This document shows positions 1-11,304 of a stretch of 64,000 nucleotides of DNA, piece by piece (position 1 is the stretch's first letter; every line of letters begins with the position of its first letter). The position numbers and the translations under genes were made by a program. The DNA is taken from NCBI GenBank assembly GCA_043228905.1, contig JBHGNT010000009.1:21328001-21392000 (forward strand), in the 5' to 3' direction. The notes under the pieces were generated by a model. The model was not told where the DNA came from. It saw only the letters and a program-made list of their open reading frames with translations, and made no database searches. Origin of the DNA: Azolla caroliniana (Eukaryota; Plantae; Polypodiophyta).

Positions 1-3000
1 ACTTCCGTGTAGCCCGATGCTGGTTGTCGAGGCTGCTGTCGTAGACGAGCACCCAGTCACCTTCCTCGATCTTCTTCGGTCGGAGCCGGTGCGTTCGGTC
101 GAACCTGGCTTTGTTCTTTGTCCTCGCCACCCGGAGCTTCTCCGAAGCCAGCTCCACGTCCTCCGGTCTCCGCTCGAGTTGTCGTATACGCGCGGCCAAC
201 AACTCCTCCCGGCTCATCTCGTCCCTCCAGCCGACCGTTGCCCATGAGGAGATCGTCCGTTCCATCGGCATGATCGGTTTCTGGCCGAACATGAGCTCCG
301 TCGGCATGTACCCGGTTACCGAACTGTGCGTAGTCCGGTCTGCCCACAAAGCATAAGGTAGCAGCCGCGGCCAGTTACCGACTTGGCCTCCGCATGCCCG
401 AACCAACGCCTTGACGATCGGCCCGTGTCCGCGCTCCACCTTTCCATTCGCCTCCGGATTGTACGCAGTGGTGAGCGAGAGCTTGACTCCCAGCCGGTCG
501 AACAGCTCCGCGGCTTCTTCGGCGTCCAACTCCCCTCGGTCAGCCACGATCTTTCCGACACACCCGTACCGGCATATCACGTCCTCGATTAGGAACCGAC
601 ATACGGCCGCGGTCGTTTTGTTCTGAAGGGCTCGGCCTTCCACCTGGTTCGTCAGATCCTCCTGTGCTAGGACCAGATACCGCATCTGTCCTACCCCCAT
701 TGGCATCGTTACCAGATCTACCATCCATTTGAAGTGGATGGTCGGAGGGTACGTAGGGTGAAGCTCGTCCCGGTGTCGGACTACGGAGTGCATATGACAA
801 TTTTCGCAAGTCGTCACGAACCGACGCACGTCCCGGTACAATCCCGGCCACCAATACTTCCCCTTTAGTTTCTCGAATGTGGCCCACGTTCCACGGTGTC
901 CAGCCCAAGGGCTGTCGTGGTAGGCCGCCAGCAGCTCCTCCTGTTCCTCCTTCGTCGCCACCACCCGGAGCGGGACGCCGCTCCTCTTCTTCGGGTGTTT
1001 CCATAGATAGCCATCCCGGAGAAAGAAGCGGTATGCTTTCTTCCGGATCCGGTTGGCCTCGTCTTTCGTCCATGACGCATCCGGCGCCATTGTCCTCAAG
1101 AACCCGCCGATCCGCAGCCACTCCCCGTCGTACTTGCTCGCGTCGAAGTCGTTAAGCGCCGGAGTGCTCGTCCCGTCTGTTGTTACGTATGCTGCCTCGA
1201 AGAAGTCCACACCGACCTCTTCGTCCTCCGACACCATGCCGCCCTCGTCATCGAACCTCGCCCTCGAAAGCATGTCGGCCATGGCATTGTCTTTCCCGGA
1301 AATGTGTCGTATTTCTGGGTCCAGGGACTTGATGTACGCTATCCACCTGAGCATTGCCAGGTCCGGCGTCGCGCATCCAGAAACCATGCCGAGAATTGGC
1401 AGGCAATCCGTCTCGATAATCACTTCTGTCCCGATCAGATAGTCTTTGTCGGCCTTTACCGCCGAAACGATACCCCAGAGTTCGCGCTTAACCTGGGCGT
1501 ATCCTCGCTGCCGCTCACTAAGGACTTTCGCGCCGAATCGAATTGGAAACCGATTGCCGTCCTCGTCTTCTTGGTTGACGACCCACCCGATTCCGGTCGG
1601 ACTCGTGTCAACCGTTATGTATACTGGGGTGCCCTTCTTGTAGACGGCCTTCCGGAGCGCCGGTGCTGCCGAAAGAGCCTCCTTCAGCTTCCGGACCGAC
1701 TCCGTGTGCTCGTCAAGCCATTCGAACCTTCGCCCTTTCTTCAGCAACCCGTACAGCGGCTCCACGACGTGTGCGTAATGCGGGATCCATATGTGGTAGA
1801 ACGCGCATGCTCCCAAGAATCTTCGTACTTCCGTGACCGAGCTGCAGTCGGGCTTCATCGCGGAGATGGCTTCTACCTTTGCCGGAGACGGTTTCCGGCC
1901 ATATGGCCCACATAAGTGTCCGACCACCATGATTTCCGACTGCCCGAAGGCTGATTTCTCCCCCGAGAAGGTGAGCCTCGCATCCTCTAGCCTTTGCAGC
2001 ACCTTCTCGCAGTCGTCGATGTGCGTCGCCACGAATCGTCGGCATCCGTCCGGCCCGATCGTCTCGTCCTTCTCTGCTACCGGGCATCCCTTGATCGGGA
2101 CGTCGTCCAGAAACGGCATGGTGATGTCCGGGATGCAGTCCCTCAGAACCTTGTTCATTGCATTCACCATGTGGGCCACCGAGTTGGTCCCTCCTTGCGG
2201 CAGCGTACACATCCGCACTAGGCCGAGGGGAGTTCGTATCGTCGTGATGTCTCTGCTCTCCACGGCTAGCTGGAACTGGTCGTACCCTGAGTATAGATCA
2301 CCGACTGAGTAAATCGACCTTCCGGCGAAGGCCTCCGCGAACTCGTCTATGGTCGGTCCGATCCCTGCGTTCCGAATGGTCACCCTATTGACCGGTTGCA
2401 GGTCCTGAATGAAGCGCAATGATCCGTTTTTCTTTGGTACGGTAAACCATCGGTTTGAATACGGGGCGCTCGACGGCTCGAGAATGCCCATATCAACTTT
2501 CTGCTTCAACAGCTCCATCAACTTCGGGATGTGAGCTCTCGGAACCGGAATTGGCTTGAGATTCCACGGTACATGCGGTACCGTGAATATCACCATCGGC
2601 TCTACGATCGTCGGGTCTACGCACCCGATTTCCTCCGGTGAGAATGCGAAGGCTTTCCCGTGCCTTCCGAGCATTCTCCGAAACCGGTCTTCCTCCGCCG
2701 GTAGTAGGAACCCGCCCCCACCGATTTTGAGCTCCCGGAGCGTCTCGTTGGTGAAGGTGTGTCCTCTGCGGGCCGGATCTCGTAAACTGGGGTCTGACGC
2801 AACCCCTCTGATCCGGGACTCGGTGCCCTCCGGTAAGGGTGCCGCGACTGGCCTTACCTTCCGGTCCACAGTCTTGTACTTTGTGCTCACTCGGGCCGTC
2901 CGATCCGACCCGAGCCCCCGACTGAAGTCCGCGATGACTTCATACATTTCTTCGGAACATACCGGCATCGTCCGGTCTTCGTTAAGGTCTTCTTCGACTA

Positions 3001-3271
3001 CCTTCCCCAGCATTCCCAAGGTGTCGTCGAAGGAGACCGCCTCCACGGCTCCGTTGATTTCCTCGTCAGGGCCGAGAACTCCGCACGCTCGAAGTCTCCC
3101 CTCCGTCCTTGTCTTCTCTCGGCCGGCGATGCCGACTACCGTACATGCCCCGCTGTCGGAGAAGCAAAATTTCCTACCTATTGTACACGGTCTTATCGTA
3201 CAGATGTGAGGTTTTCCCGGAGCATCCGGACTGTCGCGGCCCCACGCCTTGGCAGTCCTCTCTAAAAATCC
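1..3271 (-). CDS. Gypsy-1 Pol (RT-RNase H-integrase), read in the -1 frame relative to gag-PR; runs off the left edge
   Basis: Frame opens at GGATTTT (3265-3271): GFLERTAKAWG...KYKTVDRKVRPV...PYSNRWFTVPKKNGSLRFIQDLQPVN...GDLYSGYDQF...FLDD. Missing from the ORF track, consistent with no stop before position 1 (not every codon checked). Confidence 0.85.
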
Positions 3272-5388
3272 TCTCGTTTTTCGGAACCGAGGGAGTCGCG
3301 GTTATGTTCGTGGTTCGGCCGTACCGTCAGAAACTGGACCGAATGGCGCCCGTCCTGGCTTTTGACCCTTGCATAGGCCGAACCGTTATTCAGCACCTTG
3401 GTCTCCATTCGCGCCGCCGTGATGTACAGCTCTCCCAATATTACCGGATGCGAGGACGTCTCCTGTACGAAGAAGTGTTGGTCAATTTCGACGTCGCCGA
3501 TCTTGACCCGTACGTTCGGGCAGGCCCCGTGCAGTTCCTCGGTGGCGCGCGTCGCCGCCCGTATCTTCCACCCGTGATTGGTGTTGATCGGCCATTTGCC
3601 CTTCTTGTAGAAGTCCATGGACATTAGGTTGATCTCCGAACCGTGGTCCACCAAAGCTACCACCGGTTCCTGGACATCTCCGATCTTCACCGGGGTTTCC
3701 GTGGTTGCTCGGGCCCAGTGTGGCCTCGAATAGTGGCTCTCCGCCCACTCATCTTCCAGCGACATGTCGTCTAGGTGCGTCGTCCGCACCTCTACCAGTC
3801 TTTCCGGTTCTACCTCCGTTGACAGCCTCTTCCGCTTCACCAAGTCCACGATGGAGTCGTGGAACTCCTTCCTGGCGATTCCTAGCACTTCCCGTAATGA
3901 TAGTTCCACCTTGCTGTCGAGGATCTGTTCTTCTAGGACCTTCCGCAGGTCCGTGGTCCTCTCTATTTCCGTCCCCAGTCGGTATCCGCCCTTCCTGGGG
4001 TTATCTTGCGCACTGGACCCGCCGGCCTCGTTCCGTCGTTGCCCGAACCGGGTCTCGTATCGTTGTGAGGGCCCGGTCGTTCCAGTTTTCCCCACCCGCT
4101 TCTCTTCTACCAGAGCCTCGTAGTTCTGGCAGGCGGCTTCCACGAAGCCCGTCTTTTCCTCGACCGGGTCGCTCCACCCGGTTATCTCCCGGACCCGTTT
4201 CTCCGCGCGGTCCGCTTCGTCCCCTTTCAGCCGCGTACCGGCGAGGCCTTCCAGCATCGCCGACCAGAATCCGGCTTTGCTTTCCTTTCGGGCCTCGCTG
4301 CCCCCGACCCGAATGCCGGCCGACGCCGAGTAGTGGACGGTTTCCGCATGTCGGGCCGCCGCCTCTTCCATCAGTCTCTTCATTCCTCCTCGCCCGTCGT
4401 TTCGGTTTAGGGCCCTTCTGGTGTCGCTGGCGTGCACCCGGCCTTCCCACAGGTACACCACCCGGTTCTTCAGCGCCTCCGCGAAATCGCCGCAGTCCTT
4501 CCGAATGTGGCCGACCTCGTCGCACCACATGCATCTGCTTCCCGCTGTCGGCCGTCGGTCGCGAGCCGGTTCGCCGCCTTCCCTGCGGGCTTGTGCAATT
4601 TGGAGGTCCTTTATCGCCCTCGTCAATTCCTCCAGCGTGGCTCCTCCGGTCGAGCCTCTGATCACGCCGGTCGAAGCTGAACCGGTTTCCAGCCACTCCC
4701 GGGTCTCTCCCTTTCGCACCGGCTGCGCCGGTTCAAGCTTCCTTGCTGCGACCAAGCCCGACCCGGTCGCCCCGTTATCCGCCCATTCTCGCCGCTTGTC
4801 GAAACGGCCGCAGGCTCTCTTAACCACCGCCCAGTCGGTCGTCAGCCCGTCTTCGGTTTCCAGCAGGGCGCCCACGTGATCCCGATCCCGCTCGTCCACC
4901 GACTTGACGAACAGTAGGACCCGGCTTGTATCCAGGATCGTTCGGTCAAGCGTCGAAAGGCGCACAAAGTTTTCCTCAAACTCCCGGAGGAGTGCCGACG
5001 CGTTTCTTCCCTTCCCGGGGGACTCCACCCATTCCATGAAGCTTCGTTTCGAAAGCCGGAGCGCGTCGTCCAGCCCGTATTTCTCTAGGAGCCGACCTTC
5101 AAACTCCTCCTAGGTACGGCTCTCCGCCCGCACCTCGAGCACCTCCGCATGGATGCTCGGCATCGCCACTCGGGGAAATCCGGCAAGACGCCTTTCTTCC
5201 GGAATGTCCCGCATCAGCATCTCTGCACCGTAGGACGCCAAGTACTTCGTGGCATCCTTTCCGCTGAATCGGCCGATTGTACCAACGACCGCCTCAATGG
5301 CTCTGTCGAGGGCGCCGGAGCCCTCGCGTGCGTTTACTAACCGGTCAACGGCCGAAGCCATGGCTTCTGCCAGATCCGATCCCCTCAT
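3262..5388 (-). CDS. Gypsy-1 Gag-protease ORF with one premature stop (TAG at 5110-5112)
   Basis: ORFs 5110-5607 and 3262-5037 share a frame; zinc knuckle CMWCDEVGHIRKDC; protease-like ALVDHGSEINLM and VILGELY. Confidence 0.9.
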
Positions 5389-5410
5389 CTCCTGCTCTTC
5401 TGCCGCCTCT

Positions 5411-5428
5411 TTCACGTCGGGTTCACCA
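5411..5428 (-). promoter_or_regulatory. Primer-binding site complementary to the 3' end of tRNA-Trp
   Basis: Minus strand TGGTGAACCCGACGTGAA, 3 nt after the LTR; complements the plant tRNA-Trp 3' end ...TTCACGTCGGGTTCACCA as I recall it. Confidence 0.85.
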
Positions 5429-5431
5429 AGA

Positions 5432-6109
5432 TGTCGTGTTATTACGCTAGTGCGTATAGAAACGAGGCGGGACCGCGGGGGTCTTGAACCGAAGAGCAAG
5501 CGAGGGTGGAGAAAGAGAGAGGACCGGTTACGCGGGACCGGGGATACACAGGGACACGGCCCTTCAACACAGAGAACGCGAACAGACGTCGACACAGGTA
5601 GACGCAAACAAATGAATATAAATGTATATATATGAGCAAATATCTGATCAAGAAGCTACAACCCGCGATGGGGCACAGGATGGTTACAACCGAACAGGCC
5701 GGCGAACAGATGCCGATGCCTGTTCGCTGCGTCGCACAAAAGGGAGCAGGTCGGAGGTGCTGCCGGAAGCACTCAGGCGTTCCTCGCAACAGCGCAAGCC
5801 TCCTCGAAAACCCTGCACAGGAAAAGCTATGGAGGAAAAGAAGGAGAACAGAGAGCGAAGCGTCCAGAATCGGTCCGACAGCACTTCGTCCTCTCTGCGC
5901 GATCCCCCCCGTTCTTCCCCGTCCTCCTCCTTTTTATCCGTCAAGAAGGAGCCGTTCGGCATTAAATTCCTACCTACCGTATCTAACCACTTCGATCCTC
6001 CTAGGTACCTAATTCGCCTCTATGTACAACCTGGCGCGCACGTGCGTGAAGAGCCGGTTGCCACGCCTCGGTGCCCCAATTCCACCCTCGGACGGTTTTC
6101 TTCACGACA
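5432..6109 (-). repeat. 5' LTR of Gypsy-1 (678 bp)
   Basis: Terminal inverted repeats TGTCGTG...CACGACA; directly upstream of the PBS; GC content drops sharply beyond 6109. Confidence 0.9.
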
Positions 6110-8659
6110 CCGTGCCAATATATTGAAAGTTAATTATGCAGTAAACATTCGTCAATAACATGAGCCTTCATATAGCCATACCCTGATTGATCTAGTTTTT
6201 AAAAACATCACTAGGTAGCATGAGGACCCTACAATCAGTCATGGGGATGCTTGTTTTAACTCTAGATATTGTTATTGTCACTCCATCTGAGAAAGTTGGG
6301 TGAATCGTGACCACATAATGATCGTGTACATTTTTAATTGCAGCATTAAGAGAATTTTGTGATGCCGTATGCGTAATAGTCATTAGAATTTGGCCTATTA
6401 GTTTGAGAAGACTTCCAGATATTATCTTCGTGTAACTGCTGGAGGTTGAAACTCTAAGCCACACACAACAGGGAATCTGGCGGAGCAAACATATTGATGA
6501 ATCCTTGCATAGCTCTAGTTACGAAGACACCAACATGGGTGAGAGTTCATGAGACAATGAGATGGATAATGATTGCTATTCCAATTTCCTATTCCAGAGC
6601 AATAGCACGGCATTTTAGTTTTTGTGGCCTGATAAATTTGGAAAGGACCTTTGCTCGAGAGATTTTCTCTTCTCCTAACCGTATATATTCATATATGCCA
6701 TGCTGGTTTGTTAGTTGTTCCTCGAACATGCTAGGCCCTGACATTGTCACACAACATTCAATCATTCTTTCTAACAATTTGGTCTTTTCCCCTTAGTAAT
6801 GATTTTCTGCTCAATGTGCACATCAAATTTCATGTTGTATCCCTCTTCCATGTATATCAGCATATGAGACACTTGGACATTTTGAACCAACATTTGGAGA
6901 AAGATACTTGCATTTATTAAAAAGAATACTTCGAGGCATTGGGGAATAAAGAAAAACTTGGTTATTTTTAGAGTTTTTCTCTATTTTAACCAGTTAGGGT
7001 TAAACTTATGAAAACCTAGATGGTGTGTATTGTCAGGTACTATTATTATTGTTGAGTACAAGCAAGCGATGAATGCAAGTACAAAATGCTCATTTTTGAA
7101 GAAGTCAATGGTTGTCTGCTCTTCAAAGGACACTTTGCTCCATGTTTCTTCTGTGATTATCCATTTGATTCAGTTGTTATATAATCCTCAAAAGGAAGTG
7201 TTAAGATTTCAAACTTCAATTCCTTTTGGGTATCAAAATGTATTGTCACTTTCTCATACTTATCTCTCTACATTTTTATTTCTTAGTCAGATGCTCAGAT
7301 AACTATCATTTTATATTTTTTGGAAAAAAAAAACTTTCATTTTATCAGTCTTGGACTTGATGCTTTTTTGAAGGACTAAGAAAGAACTCTTGCTTAAAAC
7401 GAGAAATTTGATGAACTTAGAGAAAATGAAGTGAAGAATTGTGATTAGGGATGTGTGAGCACTCTAGCTGAAGGTGAAATATGAGAATCGATTGATTAAG
7501 AAAGATTATCATTAAACTATGGTAACTAGAAAATCCTAACCATCCAATATATAACCCTCGTAAAAAAAAAAAGTTATTCTTTGACAACTTGCCATTCTTT
7601 TGATACCCTATGCGTTTCCAAAATGATGAACGGAACAAGGTATGGTGGCAAGACTTATGACAACTCTTAGTCTCAAAAGACTTTGATCACACCAAGGGGG
7701 TGTCTTCCCATAATGATGGGCCAATTGTTCCCACGGTGGATTCATACAAAGGTTGAGGTACATTAATAGATGATTGAGAATATATAATCTCCACCTGGAG
7801 ATTGGCATTGAGCAACAAATTGTCCTAGCCATATACCCAACACTCTACAATGGAAAAGTGTGGGCATGATCAACATTTGTCCCCACATGACACAATAAGA
7901 TGTTTCAATGATGTGGCTAATTTGATTTAAGAAATGTCTAGTGTGCAATCCCCATGGTGTTCCTTTTCTTCAATGACAAATGCTTTTGAAAGTTGTTCAC
8001 TACAGAACTACATATTTGCATGGAACTTGCATTCTATGCCCTCCCCCAACAATGTCCCTAGTTAGATTTCCTTAATGCACAATGGATCTTCTTTAAAGGT
8101 CACTTAAACTAGCCAATTTCCCCCCACCCTCATGACAATAATCCTATGAAAATCAAAATGCTAAGGTCATGACCAACTTTGTCAATAATGATCTTGAAAT
8201 ACCCAACTATGCATTGAAAGATTACTTTGAATCTTTATATTCTAAGTCACAACTACACTACTTGGGGCATCATTATCTATGTCAATATATGCCACACAAG
8301 GAGACAAATGATTGATCTTTTGATCACCATGCTACCCTCGTATCAACAAGACTTTGAAGCCATGGTTGATACACAACTTATCACCATGTTCTCTAGCAAC
8401 CTAAAAAGTTTTTGCAAAGTTGTGGTGCTGGTGCAAGACATTTCCTTGTCTATATTAAATGCCTATTGCCTCCAATATGATCATCCCCTCTCATACCATA
8501 CAATCAAATTCCCGATTGTACCATCCTTGTGAGAGATGCAGTGTCCTCACTTGTTCCAACCCTCTCCACCACTATGATCAAAACTTCACCCTCCATCCAA
8601 TGTGATGACACCTAAGGGAACAAAGGAAAATCTAAAGGTTGACTTGGCCATTGAACAAC

Positions 8660-9220
8660 ACACTTCAACTCTCGTAGGAGTTAAATATTATTGAAAAAAA
8701 GTTGTGTCCATCTATGACTACACCCCAAAGTTTTAGTTTGTGTGTGATGATGCTCTTGCCTCCATCAATATATGGGTCGATGAGCAAGAAATGGTTGAAA
8801 TGTGCATGGACAAGCTCTCACAATGATTTGTTCCATTAAGGAACCCGAGCTTTAAAAGAGGAAAGCTGCTATCATTCTTCGATATTCAGCCTATGTTGTG
8901 GTAGAAGAAAACCACATTGCCACAAAGAGCTCAACGATTAAGGTAGATTGTAGTAAGAAGAGAGTGATGCCACCATCGGTTTGAAACTCACTAATCACAC
9001 AACTAACTTTGGTCACGATCATTATGACAGCATGTTTACGATGAAACACAAAGGCAAACTCCATGTAAGGGTCTTCTTGTGCATATCTAAAAGAGCTTTT
9101 GATACAACATGGTTTGAGAATCACAGTGGTTTTTTTCAAGAAAGCAACCCTCTTCGTAGCAAACATGAAAAACCACCTTATCACTCAACAATGTGCATTT
9201 GTTGCTATTTGAACAATTAG
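8660..9220 (+). mobile_element. Highly degenerate Ty1/Copia gag remnant
   Basis: Broken frames giving DALASINIWVDEQEMVEMCM and SFFDIQPML..VEENH, similar to the gag of the Copia elements at 42.3-43 kb and 62.4-63 kb. Confidence 0.55.
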
Positions 9221-9242
9221 GGTTGGATTTGACCTTAATACT

Positions 9243-9595
9243 TACACATACACATACACATACACATACATATACACATACACATAGGGACATACATATA
9301 CCAAGGTAAAAAATAGTCATAGAGTCAAAGACCACCAAGAGAGATAGATGGAGAGAGAGAGAGTATGTACATATAGAGAACCAAAGGCCTTTTATACCCA
9401 GAAAAAGGCCAGCGCCATATACATGATGCTCTGGTCATGGAAGCTCTTGCATTCTCATGAGATGAAGCAACAGGTGAGGAATTGGGGAGGAGGAGGAGGA
9501 GGAAGAAGAAGAAGAAGAAGAAGAAGAAGAAGAAGAAGAAGAAGAAGAGAAGCAATCTTGATCATGGTCTTCTTCTTTTCCTCCTCCTCCTCCTT
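9243..9595. repeat. Microsatellite cluster (CATA/CA, GA, GGA, GAA, CCT)
   Basis: Directly visible simple repeats. Confidence 0.9.
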
Positions 9596-10715
9596 CTTGC
9601 TCACCATAGGTTCAGACGTGCAGGGAGGTACATAAGCACAAGAGCCATCATCAGGAATGAATGAGAGCATATTCCATACTGGCCTTTTTTGTTCTGAAGG
9701 CAAGAACTTCTCTCTTTCTCTAACAATTTCACACAACACTATGAGATTTTTATGATTGAAAGTGATTGATTTTGGTCATGTTGTATGAGGTTTTAGTTGT
9801 TGAAAATGATTGATTTTGACATAGAGCATGGGTATGGAATTTATTATAGTCTAGTACCAATACCATTTTATTGCTACAAGCTAAGCAAAATCTATATTCA
9901 AATCTGTTCAATGTGATGGTCATTGGTACGAAATTGCAGCCTTCGATGACAGTGTTTGATGATATGGTTCGAGGTACGAATGCAATGTCCGAAAACAGGG
10001 ATGGCGCTGACCAAGGTTTTCCGACTTGCTAGACAAACCAATGTTTCACCCTCCATCGGATGCGTCCAAGCTGAGTGGAAATTGTCGATCGCCTGTTGGA
10101 TATCAAATATGACGCCTCATATTATTGTAACTTAAGCCTTGGTACTGGTGGTCTTGGCCTATTTTGCCTTTGGGCCTAGCTTGGCATGACATGACAGCAT
10201 CTACTATTGGGTAAACACAACATCATTCTTTCTTTCTCAATAAGATTTGCTTTGTGTTGTTTTCTTCTTAATGGATGGGGGTTGATTTCCAATTGCAGGT
10301 AGGTGAGATCAATATAGGCTAAATATAGAGTTCTTATAAGCTTTGTAGACAGCCTTTTTTTCACCTGTAGGGTCTGGATTGCAATTAAGTCATAGGCTGA
10401 ATAGTATCTCATGACATATGCTTGCAGTCAGCACGGAACTTTTGATGCAATAGATAAACTATACTAGAAAAGAATAGATGCCAATTGCAAGTTGTGCAGA
10501 ACAGATCATGAGTATTGATTATACACCTAAGCCTTGTGCAATTTCCACACCAAATGACTGTCCATGAACTTATTATTAGCCTACCTTTGGCTTAACTGAC
10601 TCTATCAGTGTATGTTTATTTCTATGCTTCTTCCCAACCTATAGCTTTATAGAGTGAGGCCCTTTTTTTACAAAGGACCGTTCAAATTTCGATGCCCCAC
10701 TAACCATGACCCTCA

Positions 10716-11304
10716 TTGTGTGGTTTTGACAACAGATACACCGAGGAAGCTCTGGTTCTTTACATACAGGCAGCAATGTATGCAACATTATTGGTGGCCG
10801 TGGTCGTGATGATACGATGCATGGGACCTGAGGAGCAATTCTTTATGGCTGATCTTTTTCCATACACAAGAAGATGGTTTGGGCAAGCTATGGTTCTAGT
10901 TATGTAGGAATGCTTAAATCGAAGGTGATGGTGCCTAGTTGCATTTTGGTCAGCTTTTTGATGCCATCTCTAATGGTTCCAATAACAACACATCCATTGA
11001 TGAGGTGGGGCCTTAGTCTTTTTGGGTCCTTGTCTCTTCTTATGGCTACATCATATGCTTTGGACTTGCACCTTTTTCCGTTAGTAACTCCATGGTTTTG
11101 ATTTTTGGGAGTTTATCATTCGTAATGGCTTCACCTTACTACAAGAATGGGATATTGAGGGCTTTTGTGATTGTGGGGTATATTGGCTTTTCCACTCCTA
11201 TGCTCTGGTGGTCCTTAAAGGTCACAATGGGCAAAGCTAACAAGAAATCGCTCATCAAGTCTGAGGCTATTCCATTAAAGAAAGATTTATTGATCCTACT
11301 ATAA
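10716..11304 (+). pseudogene. Possible frameshifted multi-pass membrane protein remnant, unknown family
   Basis: Three overlapping hydrophobic ORFs (10716-10907, 10874-11101, 11092-11304) that join via two frameshifts. Confidence 0.3.

Larger units (their letters stand above)
1..6109 (-). mobile_element. Ty3/Gypsy LTR retrotransposon 'Gypsy-1' (5' part; 3' end lies left of the window)
   Basis: 5' LTR 5432-6109, PBS, gag-PR ORF, then RT (FLDDVPIKG), RNase H and integrase in Gypsy domain order; GC-rich relative to flanks. Confidence 0.95.

Noticed and set aside
17-6158. Many long overlapping ORFs on both strands of Gypsy-1 (also across Copia-C and Gypsy-2)
   Set aside because: Antisense or alternate-frame shadows of GC-rich gag/pol sequence with no independent motifs.
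6120-8600. Short ORFs that might be gene or transposase remnants
   Set aside because: No recognisable motif or consistent frame; left unannotated.
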